Assembly: GCA_964016885.1 (NCBI GenBank)
Contig: OZ024756.1
Coordinates: 40,362,001 to 40,426,000 of the forward strand
Source: Eledone cirrhosa
Taxonomy: Eukaryota
Direction of reading: 5' to 3'
Length of the DNA stretch: 64,000 nucleotides
A model generated the notes under the pieces. It ran no database searches. It saw only the letters and a list, made by a program, of their open reading frames with translations, and was not told the origin of the DNA. Positions 54,332-64,000 of this stretch are shown piece after piece (the stretch's first letter is position 1; each line of letters opens with the position of its first letter). Both the position numbers and the translations under genes were made by a program.

Positions 54332-54789
54332 TATACATGTGTGTATATATATTATACATGTGTGTGTGAGTATATATATTTACTGTATAACGTCTGTTTT
54401 ACATTGCATTCCTTCATGGGTTAGATGAGTCAGGTCAGGTGACCACCACAACAAGTGTAATACATTTTGAAGGGAAAATCTTTTGTAGCCCTCTGAACTT
54501 TTCCTATCCTGTTCTCATTTGGCTACTGTATTTTCAGAATACCTACCACCCAATGCTAATTTGGTCACCCAGGGAGCAAAAGCTATCAACTTCTAAAGAG
54601 CCCTCTAAGCAATAAAGGAGCTTGTTTCTTGTGAGCTTTTACAGCTCCTGTGTATCAACTGCATACAAAACCTGTTTTTACTATCCTGCCTGAGATCCCA
54701 CTACATCTCTTGTTTTCCCATATAGAATGTGTAATATATATATATATACACACACACACACATTCTATATATATATAACATATATTAGA

Positions 54790-54960
54790 TAGTCTGGGCC
54801 CGACAGCTGAGCTCTTGCTGTTTTGACAGCAAATTCCAGACTTGAAACTGCAAGAGCTCAGCTGACAGTCCCCAATTAATATATTTACATTCACTTATCC
54901 AAAGTATTGAGTATTCTGCTGAATGGTATAACTAGTTTAAAACTGGTAAAATCTTGATGT
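54790..54960. mobile_element. Diverged family A element with fold-back
   Basis: CAGCTGAGCTCTTGC...GCAAGAGCTCAGCTG inverted pair followed by AAGTATTGAGTA. Confidence 0.55.
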
Positions 54961-55412
54961 AATATATATATATATATTTGTTGAAATGAAATGCCTCACT
55001 GCCTGTCGTAATCGAGTTTGTGGCTAATAGGAAGGTATAAAAGCTGCCTGTGTTTGAAGTCTAGTTAATATTACAACTAACTACACCTTCCTATAGATTA
55101 TTGCTGTGTCATAATTGGTCAAATTCTAACTATATATATATGTGTATGTATGTATGTATGTATGTATATACACACTCTTCAATGTTTTATGGTTGTAGAA
55201 ATATTTAACAGACAGGACAATTATTATTTTCACAATAACATTCCGCAATGGAATTATTTTGTAAATTTCTTTTTTTTTTTTTTCTTTCTTTGAAAGAAAT
55301 AATGATGTGATGTGCCTGTCTATAAATATATGTGTGGGTGTGTGCTTGTATATATGTGTACATGTATATACATATATAGGTGTGTAATAAGTGTTTTGTT
55401 TTCACTATTATA

Positions 55413-55603
55413 CAGGGTGTATCAAAATGAATCATCTTGAAGCAGACTGAAAGGCATGTAAAAATATGTAAATAACTTTATAAAAATTGTAAATAAAACT
55501 TTATATTCAGACAAGTATTGTACAAGTTGCTGCATGGTTATATGGTCATTTATTTAAAAAATATAGACTTTTGAAATCAGATTATTTCTTTTGATACACC
55601 CTG
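55413..55603. mobile_element. Tc1/mariner-type MITE
   Basis: TIRs CAGGGTGTATCAAAA / TTTTGATACACCCTG, preceded by TA. Confidence 0.8.
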
Positions 55604-56394
55604 TGTATTTATCCTGGAAAAAGTTTAGTGAAGGGATTAATCTGGTTTAATTTGACACCAAATTAAGATTAAACTTTCCTGAACTCATTCTTAATATACT
55701 GGAACAACAGCAACAACATAGTTCACCAACACCATCGTGGTGAATTGGCAGTCATTAGAACATCAAATAGAATGTTTTACAGTATTTCTTCTGGCTCTGT
55801 TTGTTCTGTGAGTTCAAATCACTATGGAATCAATTTTGCCTTTCATCTTTAACAAGGTTGAAGTACTATTGGAGCTCGGAGTTGGTTATATCTATCTATT
55901 TCTCACTTCCTCTGAAGACATCAACTGTAATCAGATGTGCCCCTCCAGAATTAAATACCAAAGATGTGACCAGAAGTTAACAGCCCTAATTATGAAATTC
56001 ACTGCTGATATGTTTTGAAAATATTTTGTAATTAACCAACATTTGGAGGAGTTTGATAAAATAATGAGGTTTTTCACCAAAAAGTGGATATTTCTAAAAT
56101 AGCTTAACAAAATTAAGATGAAGGGTTTTAATATAAAGGAGAGTTAATAACATTGACAGATTTGTATCAGAAATTGAGGGCCATTTGTGGTGAGTTAATG
56201 TAGAACAAGTTAACCTTAAATTATTTGTATTCACGCTTTGTGATGTTCTCACCGTTTAGAATATTTCAGGTTTAAATCATTTGCTTCCCGACTGAGTCCA
56301 ATAAATTTATTTAGTATGTCAGTAACATCATTTGGTCAAGGTAAACACTTCTGGATTCTGGGACCTATTTTTATCTTCTATGCAGTAGATTATA

Positions 56395-56548
56395 GAGATA
56401 GACTGAACCTATTGTAATGGCTGTTATAGAGAGATAATAGACAGGGCCTATTGTAATGGCTGTTATAGAGAGATAATAAATAGAACCTATTGTAATGGCT
56501 GTTATAGAGAGATAATAGACGGAGCCTATTGTAATGGCTGTTATAGAG
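56395..56548. repeat. 39-bp minisatellite, 4 copies
   Basis: CCTATTGTAATGGCTGTTATAGAG repeated at ~39-bp period. Confidence 0.9.
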
Positions 56549-56845
56549 CAGTGACCAAGACAGTTTATAAATCTAGTCATGTGTAGTAGACTAAAACAAA
56601 TGGCCGTGTTTAATAAAAAGCTTTGAAGTAGATTTACAGAAAATTTATATAAAATATTTGAAAAATTTCGCTCAATTTACATTAGATTCGTATGTTGATA
56701 TTTTTTCTTTTTTTTTTTTTTTTTTCATATTTACATTTTTAATTCAATTATTTTAAAATATTTTTTTAAAACTTGAAATTGGAATGTTATGAGAGTTTCG
56801 AAGGTAAAATGAGTTTGTTTTTCAATCAATGAATGAATTGATTAA

Positions 56846-57636
56846 TTAATATGTCATATAAGAAGATTTCCTGAAATGTCTCCAGATGAGGACTGCCATC
56901 TTGCTGACAAAACATGCTCCACTGACAGACAGGCAGACAAGAATGAGAATGTCTATTCGGCTGTAGTCTTCTGTATCCACTTGCTTATAGACGATTCCGC
57001 AGAAGGCAACAATAAAGACGATGTATTCACTGAACAGGTAGCGTGTGTAGGTGTCAAGGGCAACAACATCAAGAAGGAACCAAGTACATATCATCACGAG
57101 AAGCATGATAATTGCGGTGAGGTCACAGGTGTCTTTGTCGACGTCCCACGAGTACCGCATCGCAATGTCCAAATTCAAATGAGTGGCGACCAGCAGCCAT
57201 GCCGCGTAGAACGCGATGCCATTTTGTACGAAGAAACGAATGAGCCAGATGTGAACAAAGAGTTTCTCTTCGCTGATGATGTCGAGGTTGTTATTGAGGA
57301 CATAGGCAGAGATACAGATGCATGTGACCGCACTAATAAACATGAACAGTGCCACAAACAGACTGACTATGAAGAACTTTCGATCAAATAGGATAAGCCA
57401 GGAGATGTTTAGAATCAGGTTGACAGAGAAGATAAAGAAGAAGAGACATGGCATGAAGATGGCGCTAGTGTAGACATATTCATCTCCGGCCTTGGCACAA
57501 ATGGCAGCTGTAGAGTAAACTATCCATAAAATCATCCAGAAGTAGATGAAGCCCCAGATACCAAAAGTCCAGCCAGCAGGTGTAATGCGTGTCGGGTACT
57601 GATCCGACACATTACCTGTCGTATCTGTGTAAATAC
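56846..57636 (-). CDS. TSPO/MBR-like membrane protein B, 791-nt terminal exon (first exon with TM1 not found)
   Basis: Acceptor TTCTATAATTACAG|GT; G-IYTDTTGNVSDQYPTRITPAGWTFGIW...LNISWLILFD...QNGIAFYAAWLLVATHLN...; intact to TAA; same phase-1 Gly junction as gene A. Confidence 0.9.
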
Positions 57637-57888
57637 CTGTAATTATAGAAAAACAAAGGGAATTGAGTCAAGTCAAAGGAGGAGTGGGGGGGGGGGGGGG
57701 GTAGACATAAAAATACAAAATCTAATTAAAAAATGATAGTAAAGTATTGTGGTTATGTTACACATGATGATGATGAATTTATGAATATGTTCTATATGTC
57801 ACATGATGAATGTATCTGTTATCTTATGTCATGATGATGATGATGTCACATTTGTTTTGCAATTCTTGATGTGAATTCATGTGTTGAA

Positions 57889-57922
<34 letters not shown>

Positions 57923-57928
<6 letters not shown>

Positions 57929-57984
57929 CCTTCCAGTGTCCTACCTTTATATATATATAAAGGTAGGCCACTGGAAGGTAATAT
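57923..57984. repeat. Palindrome centred on (TA)n
   Basis: ATATTACCTTCCAGTGTCCTACCTT-(TA)n-AAGGTAGGCCACTGGAAGGTAATAT. Confidence 0.85.
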
Positions 57985-58025
57985 CCGTAGTGGTAGAGCA
58001 CTCAGTCCATGGGACGAGTTTGGTA

Positions 58026-58062
58026 GAAGACAATTGTTTCACCTTTTGCGGATCTTCAGCTC
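58026..58062 (-). ncRNA. Minimal hammerhead ribozyme, GUC site
   Basis: Minus strand GAG-CTGAAGA-TCC-GCAAAA-GGT-GAAA-CAATTG-TC-TTC; helix III palindrome ACAATTGT. Confidence 0.75.
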
Positions 58063-58069
58063 GGACTGC

Positions 58070-58106
58070 GAGCTGAAGATCCGCAAAAGGTGAAACAATT
58101 GTTCTT
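58070..58106 (+). ncRNA. Minimal hammerhead ribozyme, GUU site; mirror copy of 58026-58062
   Basis: GAG-CTGAAGA-TCC-GCAAAA-GGT-GAAA-CAATTG-TT-CTT. Confidence 0.75.
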
Positions 58107-58409
58107 GGTATGGTGAACTGTTGTGTTACTACGTCTATATATATAAGTTGTCAAGATCAGAATACCATGAGGTGCTTCACACAATGTATGGTAGAGCAAC
58201 ATCATGCCACCCACAGTCTTCCTTAATGCTAACTGGGGTTAAACAGTTTCACAGTATATCTTTATGGAATTCAGTAATGAGGTGACAAAAATTGAACAAA
58301 TTCATCAGGACAACCAATAATAGTTCAATAAGATCAGTGATTTAACGATCATCCAATAATGACATCAAAGTTATTGATACATCAGCTGTGTGATAGATAA
58401 AACAATTAA

Positions 58410-58631
58410 CCCTTTAGCATTCAAACCGGCTGTATCCGGCCAGAACTCTCTCACTTCTTTCTGTTCAAACCGGCTGTAACTGGCTGCTCACACCTACATT
58501 AAGGTATTGTTCTCAAAATAAGTAATATCAAAATCTCGTAGATTTGATTTTATGTGAGATGATTGTGCAAGATAAAGCCTTTACTGTGAAAATACAATAG
58601 TAAATATAAAAATAATGTAAATGCTAAAGGG
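58410..58631 (+). mobile_element. piggyBac-type MITE (222 bp), best-preserved copy
   Basis: TTAA|CCCTTTAGCATT...AATGCTAAAGGG|TTAA. Confidence 0.9.
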
Positions 58632-58635
58632 TTAA

Positions 58636-58945
58636 GGACATGAAGGTAGGAAAAACAGCTGGACTACCTAGATTAGTCAATGAAATACTAAAAGTATCTG
58701 GTAAGGTAGGATACATGCTAGTTAATCAAGTAGTACAAGAATGGGTCATACCCAATGACTGGTGCAGTAGCAGTCTTCTTTGCCCACTTATTCCTGGAAA
58801 ATTCGTATGGGGGGAGCAGAGTCCTCAAACACTCCTTCCATCAGGTCCTGTCAGAAGCAATTGTCTCCAACTGATCTGGCTGAATTCCCAAGCGAGACCA
58901 TCCAAGCTCATGGATGTTATCCAACCATCTTGTGTACACATGATA
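58636..58945. mobile_element. RTE LINE fragments
   Basis: MKVGKTAG...EILK...VIPNDWCSS (plus strand) joined to a minus-strand RTE 3' piece. Confidence 0.65.
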
Positions 58946-59254
58946 TATTCTGCATAGTCTAAAACTATGGAGGGATTTGAAATTAGAACGTATAGGGCCG
59001 TAACTCTATGCTGCGAATCATGGTGTCCGACGCTCTACTGATTATTGCTAATAATAACATTGTCAGGTTGACACTCGGCATGATTTGGGAAAGAAGCAGA
59101 ATTCAAAGGAAGTTTCAAATAATAAAATGAAAACACAACTAAAATTACTTTGGGTTTTTATATCAGAAGATTTATTGCGAAGCAAAGCTGAAATGTTTAA
59201 GTTACAAAGAGATTTACAGTTAAACGAGATCAATAAAATATAATGGTAAATATA

Positions 59255-59760
59255 TCAACTAGAAAGTGGTCCCCCAACATGGCCACTGTCTAATAACTGG
59301 AGTAAATAGTGGAGCTCCAGCATGGCCACTGTCTAATAGCTGGAGTAAATAGTGGAGCCCCAGCATGGCACTGTCTAATAGCTGGAGTAAATATGTCAAC
59401 TAAAAAAAGTGGTGCCCCAGCATGGCCACAGTCTAATAGCTGGAGTAAATATGTCAACTAAAAAAAGTGGTGCCCCAGCATGGCCACTGTCTAATGACTG
59501 AAACAAGTATTAAAAAAAAAAAATTCACTGTGGTCAACAGTCCAACACCCTAACCACCAGACCACACCACACCTTCACTGTGGTCAAAAGTCCAACACTG
59601 ACCACTAGACCACTCCACACACCTTCACTATGGTCAACAGTCCAACACTGACCACTAGACCACACCACACACCTTCACTGTGGTCAACAGTCCAACACCC
59701 TGATCACTAGACCACACCACACCACACACCTTCACTGTGGTCAAAAGTCCAACACTAACT
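59255..59760. repeat. Two adjacent minisatellites (CCCAGCATGGCCACTGTCTAATAGCTGGAGTAAAT; CTTCACTGTGGTCAACAGTCCAACAC..CCACTAGACCACAC)
   Basis: About 5 copies each. Confidence 0.85.
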
Positions 59761-60094
59761 TTGATATATCTAGATATGAAACAACTTGAATTAGTTAAGC
59801 TGACTTCTTAATAAGTTACATCATTGTCTAACTAGGTGGGTATATATATATACAGAAAAATATGACTTTACATACATATACACATGTGTATATGCCTCCC
59901 CTAGATCAGAAAAAAAAAAAAAAAAATTTTCAAATTGATTTAGCACCCGGAAAATATATAAAAATGAGACACATCTGTTAAGATGAATGGGATTTCATGA
60001 CACTGAGTACTCATGAAAACATGTTTGGTTGCCATGTATTATAAGTATTGTGTGTATATATATATGGGTATATGTATATATGTGTGTATGTGTA

Positions 60095-60350
60095 CATGAT
60101 CGGTGTCTCTATTGAATTGAAGTATTCTGAGTGTGGAAAAATTTGCTTGAGCAAATCTGATCTCAAGAGCCACATTCGCAGCGATGTTCAAAGAGAACCA
60201 GTGAACTATGATCTCCACGGTGTTGTGAGGGTCCACGGGCAACCTGATGCAGGACCTCAAGCGAGGGAGATCCATAGTTGTCGTCAGTGTGTGAAGAAGT
60301 GCAAGTCTTTAGCAGGCTTGAAAAGCCATAACCGAGCGTTACACATCTGA
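60095..60350 (+). mobile_element. LINE (RTE-type) C-terminal zinc-finger remnant
   Basis: ECGKICLSKSDLKSHIRS and CRQCVKKCKSLAGLKSHNRA resemble the C.S..GL.SH.R.H tail of RTE ORFs; isolated and degenerate. Confidence 0.5.
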
Positions 60351-60399
60351 ATCTGACAAGTGATTGCAATACTCTTGGCAGAGTTTGCAGTCATCAAGT

Positions 60400-60454
<55 letters not shown>

Positions 60455-61524
60455 CAACAAAATTGAAAAAATTGAAAAAATAATATATAAATATAAACAT
60501 TTTCATAGTTTTCCGCACCAACCAACCTGATACCATTTCTTGTCCCACCCTTGCAAGCAGGGAAAAGGGACGTAAAATGATGATGATGATGATGTACAAA
60601 AACTATTTTAAAGACTTCAATATTTAAAGTTTAAAGCATCCAATATTTAAACTTAAAAAATAACTCTTCCATTATGAAATATTCCCCAAGAAAGTTTCTG
60701 TTCAAACATCAACAGAATATATACATATATATATATCAGGATAGAACCAGTTTAAAACTAGTAAGATCATTACTCAATACTTGGGGTAATAAAGCATGTC
60801 TAAATTATAAAGATTCAAGACCCAACAGCTGAACTCTTGGTGTTTCAACAGTTAGTTCTGGACTGGTGAATATATAAAGATGTTAGCTTTTAACTATAAT
60901 GATTCAGCAAAAAAATATATTATATATATATCTAAAAACAGGTTTGGTAATTCACTTGTTTTGTGTTATTACGGGTGGATAGATTCTTGTGAAATTTCAC
61001 CTGTTGCTGCCACTGGTTTTATGATACAAAGCTATTCATTTTAAAGTATTTAAATTTATTTCATGTCTGGTTTCCATATTGTCATGGGTTGGTTGGCCTA
61101 TATTTATCTATAAACCTTCCATAATAATTTCATGCAAGACCCTTTGTTAAGTTATCACCAGCATAACAGCGTGAAAGTTCTTTTACTAAATCCATCCAAA
61201 TTGTTGATAATATACAAAATTATTTGAAAATCACAGGCATATGGTAATGAAAGAGTTTTTTTTTTAAAATTGATGAGAAAAGAGTTACAACAGCAAAAAC
61301 AAATTTTTGTATTGAAAATGTGAACATTGAGCCAAATATAGGGAAGAATTGAAATATTTAGTCTTTAACATTTCTTGATAATATAAAGCTTTTTGTGACT
61401 GAAAATATTGCTAGCATAGAAATATAGATAGTTGAATAACTGTTGAGTCTTTGGGCATTGCCATAAACTTGTGAGACAGAAGGAACACTCCCATAAAGAC
61501 TGGCAGACAACAGGGGCTTGAATT

Positions 61525-62315
61525 CTAGATTAATGCCCTAGTTCGAGAAGCCCTATAATGGTTCCGACATATCGCATAGATTTTACAGAGGCAACCCATA
61601 ACGAAGATGGCCAGTATAACTACCATAAATATAGCGAGACGTTCAAAGTCATCAAGATTAACATGCTTAGAGACAATACCAGCCATTGAAACTGTGAGTA
61701 CAAGGTAAGGAGTTATCAAGAAGCGTGTATGCTTCTCAGTCATAATCAGATCTAATGAAAACCACGATGCTCCGACAACGAGAAGAACAATAAGAATGAT
61801 AGTATCAGCGCTTGCATCAATATCCCAACTGTATATGAGCGCGATATTGAGGTTTAAGTGAGTGGCTATTGTCAACCAGGTGGCGTAACAGCCAATACCA
61901 TTAATGATCAAGATTTGATAGAGCCAGAAGTATGTGGCAAATTCAATTCTATCCACCCTCTCCATACCCTTGGCCAATGTGTATATGGCTACGACCAAAC
62001 ACACAATAGCTGTCACTGCCAGTGCAAGGAGAATAAAGAAAGAAGCAATCATGTATTCTTTATCAAACAAAATGAGCCAAACGACATTGAGAATTAAGTT
62101 GATGATGTAGATGATGAAAAAGTAGGCAGGTAGAAATATTTCGTGTTTGTAAAAGTAATCGTTCTCCCACTTAATGCAGATTGCAACATTACAGTAGATG
62201 ATCCATACAGCCATCCAGAAGTATATTACTCCCCAAATCCCAAAAGTCCAATTAGCTGGAGTAATTCCAGTCATATAGTCCTGAGATATGTTTCCCATCG
62301 TTCTTGTGTAGATAC
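61525..62315 (-). CDS. TSPO/MBR-like membrane protein C, 791-nt terminal exon (first exon not in window)
   Basis: Acceptor TTTCTCTCTTCTCCCATTCTAG|GT; G-IYTRTMGNISQDYMTGITPANWTFGIW...LNVVWLILFD...NGIGCYATWLTIATHLN; TAG stop; AATAAA on minus at 61055-61060. Confidence 0.9.
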
Positions 62316-62749
62316 CTAGAATGGGAGAAGAGAGAAAGAAAGAAAAGAAAAAAGCACACAAATAAACGAGAGTCAAAGTTCAGTAATCAAGAAAGAAAAA
62401 AAGAGGAGGGGGGGGGGGTAACTGATCATCAGATCAGACCAAGGAAACCATGATTCCATTGGTCTTTCTATTGCTGATATTATCTGTTGGTCACAACTCC
62501 TGGAAGAAGAAAGGAACTGATCATCAGATCAGTTCACAGAAACAATGTTTCCATTGGTCTTTCTATTGCTGATACTGTTTGTCAGTCACAACTCCTGGTA
62601 GAAGAATCACAGCTTTCTTTAGTGACAATATAGCGAGATTTGAACACAGAATGAGCTGGAATAGATACCCCAAATTATCCTGGCTCTCATTGATTTTGTT
62701 TATTGACTCCGAAAGTATGACAAGCAAAGATGACCACAGCAGGAATTGA

Positions 62750-63960
62750 ACTCAGCATATAGAGAGCTGGAATATATAGAGAGTTATTTAACTCAGCATA
62801 TAGAGAACTATAATATATAGAGAGTTATTTAACTCAGCATATAGAGAGCTATAATATATAGAGAGTTATTTATCCCAACACTATCCCAGCATATAGAGAG
62901 CTGGAATATATAGAGAGGCATTTAACACAATACTAACAACTCAGCCAATTAAAAACCAATAATTCATTAATCAACTAACAAAAAAAGTGTTTTATTTTTT
63001 TAATTAGTAAAAACACAAGAAACAAAAAAGGCCATGCTGGGGCATTGTTCCAAAAGAGAGACATTTGATGTGAGAATAATTCAGAGAACAAGCAACAAAA
63101 AAGGCCGTGCTGGGGCATTGTTTCAGAGAGAGATTGCGAGAATAACTTGAAGATTAAACAAGAAACAAAAAAGGCCATGCTGGGGCATTGTTTCAGAGAG
63201 AGATGTGAGAATAACTCAGAGATTAAACAAGAAACAAAGTACAACTACAATTAAAAACAGAAGCTGTGTAAACTACACAAATACAAAGAAAACAGAGCTT
63301 TTGTGTTGTTGTTAGTGGTCTGCTCTAGAATAAGAGGCAGTGCCCATGGTGGGGGTGGGGGTAGCTATGACTTACAAGGGAGGCAGTACCTAAGGTTTGC
63401 TCTAAAGTAAGGGGTGGTACAGTAGATATAGCTTGCTCTAAAGTAAGGGTGTGTATGCAGTACCCATGGCTTGCTCTAAAGTAAGGAGGTATGTGCAGTA
63501 CCCATGGCTTGCTCTAAAGTAAGGGGTGGTACAGTAGCTATGTCTTTTCTAGGTTCTCCAAGACCAGTGAGATTGATGTTTTTGATGTTCCTTTTAAACA
63601 GTTGTTAGCTAATTAATGACTACAAGAAGAATATACTCAGAATTCCAAGGAAGGAGGACTGGAAGTTGGTTAGTAAAGTTCCGGAGAGGAGTTAGCCTCG
63701 ATTGGCCCTCATTCAGCAATCCTTAACCCTCTTCATGCCAACTCAGTCTATGAAACAAAACCACGTATTTTAAAAAGTTCTCTATTCAAATCCAAATCTT
63801 CCAACATCATTTTATTTAAAAACCAATATTAAGATACTGTTATCACCTTTGTAATAAACTAATTACTGTACTATTAAGACAGTTATCACCTTTGTAATTA
63901 CTGTACTATTAAGATACTGTTATCACCTTTGTAATAAATTACTGTACTATCTTAGTAATA
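62750..63960. repeat. Several short tandem repeat arrays (62750-62920, 63015-63240, 63320-63545, 63825-63950)
   Basis: CAGCATATAGAGAGCT; AAAAGGCCATGCTGGGGCATTG; GCTCTAAAGTAAGG; GTTATCACCTTTGTAAT units. Confidence 0.8.
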
Positions 63961-64000
63961 AAACAATTGAGTTGTGGTATTTGAGAATGCTCATGATTGC

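Noticed and set aside
56876-57391. 171-aa plus-strand ORF (also 53424-53723 and 61858-62097)
   Set aside because: Antisense shadows of the membrane-protein exons
58150-58400. Candidate missing first exon of paralogue B
   Set aside because: All three minus-strand frames hit stops before the only plausible donor; no ATG-TM1-Gly pattern
60048-60350. Second host zinc-finger gene
   Set aside because: Fingers are incomplete and match the terminal zinc-finger motif of RTE LINE ORFs; no exon context

Overview
AT-rich, microsatellite-saturated animal genomic DNA. Its repeat content resembles an octopod cephalopod: (TA)n/(CA)n tracts, a tRNA-type SINE with GCCTTTCATCCTTxCGGGGTCGATAAAATAAGTACCAG, RTE LINE debris and a single-exon C2H2 zinc-finger gene. 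The taxon is inferred, not shown. Real coding content is small: (1) a 927-aa multi-C2H2 zinc-finger gene on the minus strand (19631-22414); (2) a cluster of TSPO/MBR-like multi-pass membrane protein sequences at 51.6-62.3 kb. That cluster has one complete 3-exon plus-strand gene (~310 aa) and two paralogous 791-nt minus-strand terminal exons. I could find no first exon between the two, so they may be alternative last exons of one gene. Nearly all other ORFs in the track are microsatellite artefacts. The main hidden signal is about 20 minimal type-I hammerhead-ribozyme motifs (CUGANGA...GAAA...UH) from several unrelated sequence families. Most have a self-complementary helix III, sit in short elements embedded in (TA)n tracts, and are often in inverted or fold-back arrangements, which is the signature of Penelope-like retroelement pseudo-LTRs or retrozymes. 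Also present: piggyBac-type (TTAA) and Tc1/mariner-type (TA) MITEs, RTE, Hero-like and Tx1-like LINE fragments, and many minisatellites. All motifs were read by eye; no searches were run.
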